Part shown: one piece after another, positions 40,677-52,813 of the stretch
Numbering within the stretch: position 1 is the first letter of the stretch
Layout: the number at the start of each line of letters is the position of its first letter
NCBI GenBank assembly: GCA_951406725.2
Contig: OX597833.1
Span: 18,538,001-18,602,000, forward strand
Direction: 5' to 3'
Source: Octopus vulgaris
Taxonomy: Eukaryota
Length of the DNA: 64,000 nt
The notes under the pieces: generated by a model
What the model saw: only the letters and a program-made list of their open reading frames with translations
What the model was told of the DNA's origin: nothing
Database searches by the model: none
Program-made: the position numbers and the translations under genes

Positions 40677-40772
40677 CTTTTTCACAATGCTTGCCGTAGT
40701 AACCCTCAGGACAGGCACATTTTTCAGGAGATATACAGGTCCCATTATTTTCACATTTCGGATAACACATAG
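40677..40772 (-). CDS. Internal coding exon encoding one EGF-like domain (WIF1/VWDE-type repeat)
   Basis: Minus strand: pyrimidine tract TTTCTTTTTTATTCTTCAG|CT ATG TGT...GAA AAA G|GTACAT; 96 nt, phase 1-1; (A)MCYPKCENNGTCISPEKCACPEGYYGKHCEK(G) with six Cys in EGF spacing. Confidence 0.9.
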
Positions 40773-41044
40773 CTGAAGAATAAAAAAGAAATTAAAATAA
40801 ATAACATTTTAAATAAATAATTTTTCTGGAAAATATACATTTAAAATAAATAATTATAATAAATCTCCTTCGTAGTCAGTGTCCGCCAGGGTATATCCCA
40901 TGTTTGAAAAGCTGTGTGAATTAGAAAATGATTCAACGAAACTATTGACAAACGTCCAGGCGTTATATCTACGAAAGAGTGTATCCTTCCACTACGGAAT
41001 GAGAGATTGTTCTATGAAATAGCATTTGAAAGCCAATATCTATA

Positions 41045-41365
41045 ATGGTAAAGACCCCCTTCGGTCTTGAATGACCATGGGATTGCGCCTAGAAAATTAC
41101 TTTCCAAAACCCAAGTCCAGGCAAGGTTGTTTATGGAAGACCAGTAGTTGCCCATGCATATCAGCCTCCCCTCTCCACGCCACCGATGTTGTCCAGGGGA
41201 AAGGCAAAGGGCCGATACAGTTTGGCACCAGTGACGTCGCAACTCATTTCTACAGCTGAATGAACTGGAGCAACGTGAAATAAAGTGTCTTGCTCAAGAA
41301 CACAACACGCAGCCCGGTCCGGGAATCGAATTCACTATCTCATGATTGTGAGCTCGACGCTCACA
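41045..41365 (-). mobile_element. SINE family 4 (tRNA head, GTTCTTGAGCAAGACAC block)
   Basis: B box GTTCGATTCCC-like on minus strand; shares a core with 60454-60700. Confidence 0.7.
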
Positions 41366-41388
41366 AAGAATATTCACCTCAAAGAATA

Positions 41389-41610
41389 CAGTAATCCCTC
41401 ACCATATAGCGGTTCACACTATCGCGGTTTATTATTTAAGCTTACGTTGATTCTTCTGTGGTGGTGTTTTGCATTTATAATAAAATAAATATATACAAAT
41501 TAAAAAATAATTTTTAAAAATATACATTACAGTACAGTTTCTACTTCATAGATTTTCACCAATCGCGTGGTGTTTGGAACGCAACACCCGCGATAGTCGA
41601 GGGGTTACTG
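41389..41610. mobile_element. Tigger/pogo-like MITE
   Basis: TA|CAGTAATCCCTC ... GAGGGGTTACTG|TA terminal inverted repeats with TA flanks. Confidence 0.7.
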
Positions 41611-42106
41611 TATATCGAAAACGGCTTATGAATTTCGTAGCTACAACTAAAATATTGGTTTCAAAATTTAGCTCAAGATCAGCATTTTCGGAGAAGCGGG
41701 TAAGTCGATTAAATCGACACCAGTGCTCAACAGGCACTTATTTCATCGACCCCGAAAGGATGAAAGGTAAAGTCGATCTAGGGGAAATTTGAACTCAGAA
41801 CGTAACGACGGACGAAGTGATGCTAAGCATTTTGCCCGGCCTGCTAACAATTCTATCAGCTCACTCCCTCAGTTAAAACTAAACTATCAGCTACTATAAA
41901 ACACCTTCACAAGGTAGAGCTGTCTGGAAACAGCTATCCTGTATGCAGACACTAAGTACTTCCTGTCTTTTCTACCTCGATTTCTGAACTACTAATATTC
42001 TATGAAGAAGGAGAAAAGAAAAGCGCATTCTATGAATTTATTCCATAATAATTATTGTCTATATATTAGAAATGTATTGCTCCATAAAATGTTTATCTCA
42101 AGTTAT

Positions 42107-42153
42107 ATCATACTGATGATTTCTGAAAAGAATGAAATAGTGCTATACGTGAT
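42107..42153 (+). ncRNA. Type I hammerhead motif
   Basis: AUCAUA-CUGAUGA-u UUC ugaaaa GAA u-GAAA-UAG ug CUA-UA-CGUGAU; AUA triplet; closing pair of stem I is an A-C mismatch. Confidence 0.55.
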
Positions 42154-42213
42154 TATAACTGACTAGAAATTTTAGGAAGTTGGTAATAAGTCAGCAACAA
42201 AGGAATTTAATAT

Positions 42214-42379
42214 AGGCGTAGGAGTGGATGTGTGGTAAGTAGCTTGCTTACGAACCACATGGTTCCGGGTTCGGTCCCACTGCGTGGCAACTTGGGCAAG
42301 TGTCTTCTACTATAACCTCAAGCAGACCAAAGCCTTTTCAGTGGATTTGGTAGACGGAAACTGAAAGAAGCCCGTCATG

Positions 42380-42420
<41 letters not shown>

Positions 42421-42423
42421 ATG

Positions 42424-42501
<78 letters not shown>

Positions 42502-42727
42502 TATATGTTTGTGTATCTGTGTTTGTCCACCCAACATCGCTTGACAACCGATGCTGGTGTGTTTACGTCCCCGTAACTTAGCGGTTCGGCAAAAGAAACC
42601 GATAGAATAACTACTAGGCTTACAAAGAATAAGCCCTGGGGTCGACTTACTCGACTAAAGGTGGTGCTCCAGCATGGCCACAATCACATGACTGAAACAA
42701 GTAAAAGAGTAAAAAGAGTAAAAGAGA
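42214..42727 (+). mobile_element. SINE family 1, full length
   Basis: Head GGCGTAGGAGTGGATGTGTGG, tail (GTAAAAGA)n. Confidence 0.9.
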
Positions 42728-43020
42728 TATTTTATGCATTCATATATTTCAAAGTTCAACTTCTGTTTCTGCCAAATATTGCTTCAAATTTTGGTATAAG
42801 GACAAACTTTGGTATAAGGGGAAAATCGATTACATAGATCTTAGTACTTGATTGGTGCTTATTTTGTCGACCTCGAAAGACAAGGTCGACCTCTGAAACA
42901 GGGCTCAATCGGTTTTATTATTCTTCAAATATTCAACAATTAGAAAACAAGAATATTGAATTCCTTAAGAAACTATCATTTGGGAGCCTAGAAAATGAGA
43001 TGCTTTGGTATTCATGTCTC

Positions 43021-43464
43021 GGATCTTTTCGGTTTGAACGGCAGTTTTTTCTAGCGGTGTCATATGAAATTGTCACCCATAATTAATAACCTAGTATCGA
43101 TGTATTGCATTTCAATCTAATTTAGAGTTAGGGTTAGTTAGGGTTGGGGTTAGGGTTAGGGTTAGGGTTGGGGGAAGGGTATCTTTTTTTCTTCACAAAT
43201 GGAAATAAACCCAATCTGTTTCTTAAACGAGGGACATATTCATACGGCACAGAATGCTTTTTACCTCAATAGACGCCACTGATTGGTTGAAATTGCAGAA
43301 ATTGAAGAAAACAAACAACAAATATCTTACAAACTATAGAATTTTCTCAATAAAGCCAAGAGAAAAATATGTTTTATAAACACATTCTACCAGTATACGA
43401 AGTTTAAAATTTTTTATTTACCTAGAAATTATGTGAAAAACTGCCGTTCAAACCGAAAAGATCT
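43021..43464. mobile_element. Non-autonomous DNA transposon, 8-bp TSD (Merlin- or hAT-like), with internal TTAGGG repeats
   Basis: TIR GGATCTTTTCGGTTTGAACGGCAGTTTTT / AAAAACTGCCGTTCAAACCGAAAAGATCT; TSD CATGTCTC at 43013-43020 and 43465-43472. Confidence 0.9.
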
Positions 43465-43829
43465 CATGTCTCTCTCAAGAACATAGGAATTAAAATGAAG
43501 AAAGAATTAGTCACTTGGAAGCTGTTCCCATTACTTCTTCATGTCAAGCAACTCGTCACCAAAACAAAAACAAATCTGTGAACAGTCGTTGATAAGATTT
43601 TGATGAGGATCTTCTGAAAATCTATCAGAAGGAGAAGCAAAACAGGGATTGCTTTGTCTGCGCTCAAGACAAAAAGTCTACTTTGAAAATCATCAAGCAC
43701 ACACAAATACACATACACGCAAACACATACACATATGCACACATACATACACACGTTCACACATACAGATGTACATATGTGCTTGTGTACGTGTGTGTGT
43801 GTGTATGTATGTGTACACATGTATGAGTG

Positions 43830-43879
<50 letters not shown>

Positions 43880-43936
43880 GCACGGATATGTATATGTATG
43901 TATATATAAATGTACACACACACACACACACACACA

Positions 43937-43977
<41 letters not shown>

Positions 43978-44002
43978 GTATATATATATACGTATATATG
44001 CA

Positions 44003-44130
<128 letters not shown>

Positions 44131-44132
44131 TA

Positions 44133-44179
<47 letters not shown>

Positions 44180-44550
44180 GCACATGTATACGCACCCACG
44201 CACACATATACGTTTATGTATGTGTGCGTGTGTGCATGCGTCTGTTTGAGTGTGTATTTCTTAGGAAATGAACTCGCCCATAACAATATCAGACCGTCAA
44301 GATAGGATTTAATCGACATAAAGTAAAAAAAAAAAGGAAAAACATTTTTAAAAACTTAATTTCTGAAACATCAAATCAACAACTAACCAAACAAAAACTT
44401 TGTAAAACAACGCAAATAAAAAGGGTCAAAGACTGATGAAAAACACCCTATAACGAATAATAAACAAAAGGATTAAGGGGTCAACGAAAACATACTTTCG
44501 AAGTGTAAACTTGATCGGTTTTTTTTTTCTTCCGATTGTGTTACAGTATA

Positions 44551-44759
44551 CTCTTTTACTCTTTTACTTGTTTCAGTCAGTTGACTGCGGCCATGCTGGA
44601 GCACCGCCTTTAGTCGAGCAACTCGACCCCGGGACTTATTCTTTGTAAGCCCAGTACTTATTCTATCGGTCTATTTTGCCGAACCGCTAAGTAACGGGGA
44701 CGTAAACACACCAGCATCGGTTGTCAAACAATGTTGGGGGGACAAGCACAGACACACAA

Positions 44760-44797
<38 letters not shown>

Positions 44798-44965
44798 ATA
44801 TATACGACGGGCTTCTTTCAGTTTCCGTCTACCAAATCCACTCACAAGGCTTTGGTCGGCCCGAGGCTATAGTAGAAGACACTTGCCCAAGTTGCCACGC
44901 AGTGGGACTGAACCCGGAACCATGTGGTTGGTAAGCAAGCTACTTACCACACAGCCACTCCTGCG
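44551..44965 (-). mobile_element. SINE family 1, full length
   Basis: Head to tail intact. Confidence 0.9.
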
Positions 44966-45167
44966 GTATAAATTTTGTATATGTATGTATATGAATGTAT
45001 ACACATAAAGTTTATATATTCTAGTAGTTTCTGTCATTGGACTAAGCCCATGCTGGAGCAGCGTCTCGAAAAGTGTAGTCAGGCAAATCGACTACACTTA
45101 ATTTATTTTATCGGTCACTTTCGCCGATAATTCTCTGGGACTTTAACAAACCAGCACCGGTCGTCAA

Positions 45168-45210
<43 letters not shown>

Positions 45211-45272
45211 TGTCCGGCCTTCGCCATGTTAGATCGCTAGCCACTACACATTCTTTATTTTCTCTCTTTGTT

Positions 45273-45310
45273 TCTTTCTGTGGAAGAGCGTAGGCTCGAA
45301 ACGTTAAAGA
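45273..45310 (+). ncRNA. Minimal hammerhead motif, core variant CUGUGGA
   Basis: UCUUU-CUGUGGA-A-GAGC guag GCUC-GAAA-CG-UU-AAAGA; perfect stems I and II, ACGU palindrome; U in place of conserved A6. Confidence 0.55.
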
Positions 45311-45535
45311 CTTTTTTCATTTCCCGAGCGTTATACTAATGCATCTGTTTGTTGTCTACACCACCTATCTTCGTCTTTTATTTTGCTTTTTTTGTGAATT
45401 CTCCCCTACATACATACATACATACATACATACATACATACATACATACATACATACATACATACATACATACATACATACATACATACATACATACATA
45501 CACGCATGCATGCATGCATGCATACATACATACAT

Positions 45536-45886
45536 ACAGGAGTGGATTTGTGGTAAGAAGCTTGCTTCTCAACCACATGGTACAAGATTCAGTCCCACTC
45601 CGTAGCACCTTGGGCAAGTGTCTTCTACCATAGCCTCGGGCCGACAAAAACCTTGTGAGTAAATTTGATAGATGGAAACTGAAAGAAGCGCGTCGCATAT
45701 GTACGTATGTATGTGTGTCTGACAACCGATGTTGGTATTTTATGCCCACGCAACTTAGCGCCTCGGCAAAATAAACCGATAGAATAAGTACTAAGCTTAC
45801 AGAGAATAAGTCCTGAGGTTGATTTGTTCGACTAAAGGCGGTGCTCCAGCATGGCCGCAGTCAAATGAAGGAAGCAAGTAAAAGAA
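45536..45886 (+). mobile_element. SINE family 1
   Basis: Head and tail present, internal deletion. Confidence 0.8.
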
Positions 45887-45907
45887 TCAAAGAATAAATA
45901 CTTTATG

Positions 45908-45941
<34 letters not shown>

Positions 45942-46487
45942 TTTATGTATGTATGTATGTATGTATGTATGTATGTATGTATGTATGTATGTATGTATGT
46001 ATGTATGTATGTATGTATGTATGTATGTATGTATGTATGTATGTATGTATGTATGTATGTATGTATACTCGACGGGCTTCCACACAATTTCTGTGAATGA
46101 AATCCAGGCAAAAAATATTTTTGGGTCCAGGACTGAACCCGAAACCACTCAGTTACAAAGCAAGCTTCCTCACCACACAGTCATGTCTGTGCCTATTCAT
46201 TTGTTTATTTATTTATTTTATGTAGTAATTTGAGAACATTTGCGTCGTTGCTTAGCGGTTTCCAACTCTAGTTTCGAAGACGATGAGAGAGATAAAAGAG
46301 AGCACAACCCGATGTAAGGGACTTGGTTCGTTAACCAACTCAATTTCGCTATTCTAAGTGATGTTTATACATCACACAAATATAACTCGGTGATATATAT
46401 ATATATATATATATATGTACATTCATACAAAACATGCACACACACACACATAGCTATCTATTTCTCTCTCACTCTTACTCTCTCTCA

Positions 46488-46541
<54 letters not shown>

Positions 46542-46567
46542 GGAATATATATATATATATGTATTTT

Positions 46568-46829
46568 TTTTGTTTCAGTCATTTGACTGTGGCCATGCTG
46601 GAGCACCGCCTTTAGTCGAGCAAATCGACCCCAGGACTTATTCTTTGTAAACCAAGTACTTATTCTATCAGTCTCTTTTTGCCGAACCGCTAAGTTACGG
46701 GGACGTAAACACACCAGCATCGGTTGTCAAGCAATGCTAGGGGGACACACAAACATATACACACACATACATATAAATATACATACATACGACAGGCTTC
46801 TTTCAGTTTCCGTCTACCAAGTCCACTCA
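46568..46829 (-). mobile_element. SINE family 1, 5'-truncated
   Basis: Conserved tail and middle. Confidence 0.8.
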
Positions 46830-47517
46830 TATATATATAAATCTAGAATAATAAGGGTGAAAAATTGAATATTAATTTGATTAATATCAATTTAACACCA
46901 GTGGTCAAGCATATTTAAAAATCTGAAGTTTCAGAAAAAATTATATTACAAACAAATAAAAAGGATGACCTGTAAGTGGACATCCATTATGCTAGAAGAA
47001 GATCCGCTATGGTCTTAACACTAAGAAAGGAATGTTCTCAAGAAAAATTTAGCAAACGCCAAAACGTAAGATACAAAATATAGATACAATCTACAGAACT
47101 CATTGTAACGAAAAATATTTTACGATTTAGATGGTACCAAAATGCATCAAAACCAGTCAAATTTTATGCTGATGGAATATTTAAATTGTTAGATAGAAGG
47201 GCAAATAGCATTAATAATAATGGAAATAAAATTTATTGAAAGGTCAATTATTTATATGTGAAAAGTTAAATAATCACACACACATACACACACATGACGA
47301 CGAGCTTCCGCACAATTTTCACTTACCAAACTCTACTCAAGAGAGACACTTTACCAAGATGTCGGACTGTAAGATCAACTCCAGCCCCTTGAGGTTGCGA
47401 AACAAGCTTCTTAACTACATGGCCATGCGTGCAGCATACGCTCTTTTAATCATATTCTTCATTCTTCGTCCGTTTACCTACGAAGATTGCTCCTCTCGTC
47501 ACACTTTTATGATATTA

Positions 47518-47745
47518 GGCGAGCTGGCAGAATCGTTAGCACACCGGGCGAAATGCTTAGCGGTATTGCGTCTGTCGTTGCGTTCTGAGTTCAAATTCCG
47601 CCGAGGTCGACTTTGCCTTTCATCCTTTCGGGGTCGATAAATTAAGTACCAGTTACGCACTGGGGTCGATGTAATCGGCTTAATCCGTTTGTCTGTCCTT
47701 GTTTGTCCACTCTATGTTTAGCCCCTTGTGGGCAATAAAGAAACA
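47518..47745 (+). mobile_element. SINE family 2
   Basis: Full monomer. Confidence 0.9.
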
Positions 47746-48307
47746 GATATTATTTGTTGTTTTCTATAGCTCAATACCATACAAGGCATCATAGATAGTG
47801 ATCCTGTTGATTCCCAGAGAAGGCCTTTTGCTAGTTACATCAGGTCCGAGGTGTCGATGGTCAGCTATAATCAACTGACAACGAAAGACTCACCACCTCC
47901 CACTCCACTATCTCACCCACTCTTCGCCCAAGTAATTATTCGCCTGTGTAGACAGGTTTGGCCTGCAGCTTCCTGAGACTGCAGTGAATCGATAACAGCT
48001 GGATTGAAGAGAACTACAAGTGAACGAAGCTTTCGGGGAGGCTTCTACGAAGTGGCCCAACCTGTCAGAAATAACAGCCAGCTCTTCTTCAAATTAAAGT
48101 CCACGTCCTGAGTTGAAATTCTGCCGAGGTCGACCTTAAAAAATAGAAAGTGCTGAATATATCATACCTGGGGAGACTGGGGGTAGCCACGGATGGAATA
48201 CCATTGATCTAAAGGGATAGCCAGAGCTGGAATACCATTGGTCTAAAGTCTGATCGGCGATTGCTAACTTAAAGCGAACAGCAATAACGAAAACAGAACA
48301 AGGTATC

Positions 48308-48708
48308 CTTTTCTTTTCTACTCTAGGCACAGGGCCCAACATTTATGGGAAGGAGCTGGTCGATTAGACCTACCCCAGTACGTAACTGGTACTTAATTTA
48401 TCGACCCTGAAAGGATGAAAGGCAAAGTCGATCTCTGTGGAATTTGAACTCAGAACGTAAAGGCAGACGAAATATCTGTTTCTTTATTGCCCACAAGGGG
48501 CTAAACATAGAGGGGACAAACAAGGACAGACAAACGGATTAAGTCGATTATATCGACCCCAGTGCGTAACTGGTACTTAATTTATAGACCTCGAAAGGAT
48601 GAAAGGCAAAGTCGACCTCGGCGGAATTTCAACTCAGAACGTAACGGCAGACGAAATATGGCTACGCATTTCGCCCGGCGTGCTAACGTTTCTGCCAGCT
48701 CGCCGCCT
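48308..48708 (-). mobile_element. SINE family 2, dimeric, with TSD
   Basis: TSD AAACAGAA(C/G)AAGGTATC at 48291-48307 and 48710-48726. Confidence 0.9.
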
Positions 48709-48809
48709 TAAACAGAAGAAGGTATCATTCATTAATATACATCACTCTCCACTTTAATTAGAGCTGAATTGTTTCTAAGCATGATATTTATTATATAGAG
48801 AGAGAATGA

Positions 48810-49041
48810 AGGTGGCGAGCTGGCAGAAACGTTGGTACGCCGGGCGAAATGCGTAGCCGTATTTCGTCTGCCGTTACGTTCCGAGTTCAAATTTCGCCGA
48901 GGTCGACTTTGCCTTTCATCCTTTCGGAGATCGATAAATTAAGTACCAGTTACGCACTGGGTTCGATGTAATCGACTTAATCCGTTTGTCTGTCCTTGTT
49001 TGTTCCCTCTGTGTTTAGCCCCTTGTGGGTAGTAAAGAAAT
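48810..49041 (+). mobile_element. SINE family 2 monomer
   Basis: Full head; head-to-head with the 48308-48708 copy. Confidence 0.9.
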
Positions 49042-49830
49042 ATATATATAGAGAAAGCTCTGTGGGTAATGTGTTGCACTCGCGATTGCAAGGTTCTGAT
49101 TTCGATACCAAGGTTCAGCAGTGATTTGCGTTCTTGAATATAACATTTCTTTTCACTTTGCTCCAGCCCACTCATCTCTAAATGAGAAATTCTATGACGG
49201 ATTGGCATGCCGTTCAAGGAGATCGTTCTGATCTCAGTCACTTATATGTCATAGAAACCGGGTAACTGACCCTAAGGTCCAAGACACAAATATTCAGGGA
49301 TTACCTTTACTTTTTCTCTTTTTTTTTTACGGCTGTGTCGGAGTAGGATAGAACAAGTGACGGGATATTTACGTTTCGATTTCGAAGCCCTAATCAACCG
49401 TAACCCTAACCTTAACTCTAACCCAAACCTCAACCCTAATATACGATGTCCTCGCCCTAAGTTGCCAGCGTTAATAAGAAAATACAACAAAAATGAGAGC
49501 TTTACTATTTAAAACAGGGCGCCCACTTTTAGCGTTTGGTTTGTATTTAAAAGAAATACTCTTAAAGAGTCGCGTTATTGTAAGAAAACCACTTGCTTTA
49601 TGGCTATTTAATTTCGTCGTTTCTACGAAAAGTGATGATGTGTCAGCCTTAATTATTACTCTGTCTGTCAGAGGACGGAGCAGGTGTTAATATGTTAGAA
49701 AAGAAAAGCAAAAAAAAAAAAGGTAAGAAAAACGTTGGTGAGATTTTAATCAGACGACCGTGATATGTTCTGACTTAGTGTTTCCGAGATAATTTTCCCA
49801 TTTACTAATAAACTAATGAAGTCCGGATAT

Positions 49831-49867
<37 letters not shown>

Positions 49868-50649
49868 ACGAAAGAAAGAAGGAAAGAAAGAAAGAAAGAA
49901 AGAAAGAAGGAAAGAAAGAAAGAGCGAGAGAGAGAGAAAATGATGATTTTATAGAATGAAATACAGGATTTAGCAATGTTTTTTTCCGTCCATATCATTA
50001 TATCAGCGTCTTTCCTGTCATTGCTATTTGACGCTTCCAATTCACAGACGATCCTTACCATTTCAAACTCTATCTAATTTATCCTTCAAGTTTTCATTGT
50101 ACATTTAGCATATCGTATCGTTCACATAAGGTTCCAGATGCTGCAGATCGCTTTTTTTTAATCTTCCCCGCCCATCTTTGGTTTCCATAAAAGATAACAC
50201 TTTCGCATAAGAATCATGTTGTCTGCTTTATGTGTATTTTGTTTTTAAATCTCTTTTATTCTCCCCTTTTTTTCCCCTCTTTCTTTCTGTCTTCTTTTCC
50301 TTCTGTTGCTCTCACATGTTCAGCAGACATTTCATTTCCCATTCACAATGAATTCTATCCAGAGAGAGAGAGAGTTCTCTACAATACCCTACACACATCT
50401 CGCGCTCATGAAAACGATTAAGTTTTAGAGGAAATAAAATACACACACACAGCAGCAGGCATACAGAAACACTTATACACTCGCAAACATCTTTCAAAGA
50501 TCTGTCATAATGTTGTAATTGCTTTGAGGATTGCAAATGCTTAAGATGCCAAATAGTACTTATATAATGACTGAATTTTAGAGTCTCGGCAATTATCCAA
50601 ATGCACTAAGGCCCATTTGCTTTCATTAAACGGCTACGTTAAACCCTAT

Positions 50650-50832
50650 TCTTTTCTACTCTAGGTACAAGGCCCGAAATTTTGGGGGAGGGGGCCAGTC
50701 GATTAGATCGACACCGAAAGGATAAAAAGCAAAGTCGACCACGGTGGAGAATGAACTCATAACATAAAGACAGACGATATACAGCTATGCATTTCGCCCG
50801 GCGTGCTGACGTCTCTGCCAGTTCGCTGCCTT
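50650..50832 (-). mobile_element. SINE family 2 with internal deletion
   Basis: Head and alternative tail present. Confidence 0.75.
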
Positions 50833-51136
50833 CACATTAAAACCCTTTTTACTACTTTAAGGATTTGCACTTCTATGAATGGTGTTGTAAGATTCCCAGA
50901 CCGGGCGTTGTGAGTGTTTATTGAGAGAAAACACCTAAAGCTCCACGAGGCTCCGGCAGGGATGGTAGTGATCCCTGCTGTACTCTTTCACCACAACTTT
51001 CTCTCACTCTTACTCTCTGTTTCTGTTGTACCTGTATTTCAAAGGGCCGGCCTTGTCACTCTCTGTGTCACGCTGAATATCCCCAAGAACTACGTTAAGT
51101 GCTTCCATCCCACTACTTTAAGGATTTGCACTTCTA

Positions 51137-51354
51137 TGAATGGTGTTGAAAAGTTCCTGGCTTTAAGTAAAAGAAAATATGGGAGAATCAGTTAATTATC
51201 ATTTTATTCAACATATTCCCCTCTCAGATTCACACACTTATTGTAGCGGTCGTTCAATCTTTTTCTAAGCCCTATAAAAGAACTCAGAAGTTCGACCCTC
51301 CAACCAGCCCTTTCGCGATACCCTTAAACCCAGGAACTTTTCAGCACCACTTCG
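51137..51354. mobile_element. Mariner-derived MITE
   Basis: TA|TGAATGGTGTTGAAAAGTTCCTGGCTTTAAG ... CTTAAACCCAGGAACTTTTCAGCACCACTTCG|TA. Confidence 0.8.
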
Positions 51355-51491
51355 TATGTCCCCTTCCATTATATTTAAGACGGTTGGGTGTTATTTGAGG
51401 GAATTTAACCGTTATTTCTTGCAGATCACTTTGGCTGTATTATGAAGAGGACGGTCTTTGTATTACATTAAATCTATATTTCTCACCATCA

Positions 51492-51704
51492 AGGTGGCGA
51501 GCTGGCAGAGTCGTTAGCACGCCGGGCGAAATGCTTTCCGGTATTTCGTCTGCCGCTACGTTCTGGGTTCAAATTCAGCCGATGTTGACTTTGCCTTTCA
51601 TCCTTTCGGGATCGATAAATTAAGTACCAGTTGCGTACTGGGGTCGATCTAATCGACTGGCCCCCTCCCCCAAAATTTCGGGTTTTGTGCCTAGAGTAGA
51701 AAAG
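51492..51704 (+). mobile_element. SINE family 2 (head + alternative tail) with TSD
   Basis: 16-bp TSD TATATTTCTCACCATC at 51475-51490 and 51705-51720. Confidence 0.9.
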
Positions 51705-52332
51705 TATATTTCTCACCATCTCCATCATCGTCACCATCATCGCTATAAAACACCACAAAAACAAATTACTGCTGCTAAGATAACGCTATATCACTAATAG
51801 TAGGTTCAAATTTTGACACAGGGCCACAGATTTCGGGGAAGGGGCTTAGTCGATTACATCGACCCCAGTGATGGACTAATACTTTCTTTATTGACCACGA
51901 AAAAGTGAAAAACAAAGTCGATTTCGGCGGAATCTGAACTCAGAACCTAAAGACCGGACGAAATACCGTAGGCATTTTGCCCCGCCTGCTAACGATCTTG
52001 CCATTTCGCCGACTTATAAAGAGGATCAACGGTATTTCCCGAACCATGGGTTCATAAGGGCCAGTTTTCTAGATTCTGCGGTGTATACATTCCCCTGCGG
52101 GATGGGATGACGGTCCGTCGCAGGACTACTCATTTTTGCCAGCTAAGTGGACTGTGGTCAGGAAGCAAACTTCCAGCCACACAGCGACACCGACGTCTAT
52201 GTTCACAATTATGGCCGATTTCACTGAGTACAGTTTTTTGTGTGTGTGTGGCAGGAGGTGTAATTGTTCAACATTTGTATTTTATGCCCTGAGTCTAAAG
52301 CCTTATTTTTTTAGTGCAGTTTATCCCCAGTA

Positions 52333-52813
52333 TGTGGAGGCACATGGCCTAGTGGTTAGAGCAGCGGACTCGCGGGTTCGAATCTCAGACCGGGCAATGT
52401 GTATGTTTATGAGCGAAACGCCTAAGCTTCACGCGGCTCCGGCAGAAGGTAATGGCGAACTTCTGCTGACTCTTTCACCACAATTTTCTCTCATTCTTTT
52501 CTCCTGCATCTTGCAGCTCCTTCTCGAGCCACGCATGGCTCATAAGGGCCGGTTTCCCGGTCTCCTGGGCGTATAGGTTCCGCACCTGGACGGGACGCCG
52601 GTCCGTCGCAGGTGAGCTGCAAGATGCAGGAGGAAAGAGTGAGAGAAAGATGTGGTGAAAGAGTCAGCAGAAGTTCGCCATTACCTTCTATCGGAGCCGC
52701 GTGGAGCTTAGATGTTTCGGTCATAAACACACACATCGCCCAGTCTGAGATTCGAACCCACAATCCCTCGACCGCGAGTCCGCTGCTGTAACCACTAGGC
52801 CATGTGCCTCCAC
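52333..52813. mobile_element. Two SINE family 3 copies in inverted (tail-to-tail) orientation
   Basis: GTGGAGGCACATGGCCTAGTGGTTA on + at 52333 and on - ending at 52813; ~185-bp complementary arms. Confidence 0.85.

Noticed and set aside
40410-40770. ORF-track calls extending the EGF reading frame to 112-114 aa
   Set aside because: Beyond the GT donor at 40676 the frame runs into intronic microsatellite; only 40677-40772 is supported.
50056-50190. Minus-strand G|GTAAG donor with upstream purine-rich sequence
   Set aside because: Stop codons in all three frames close upstream.
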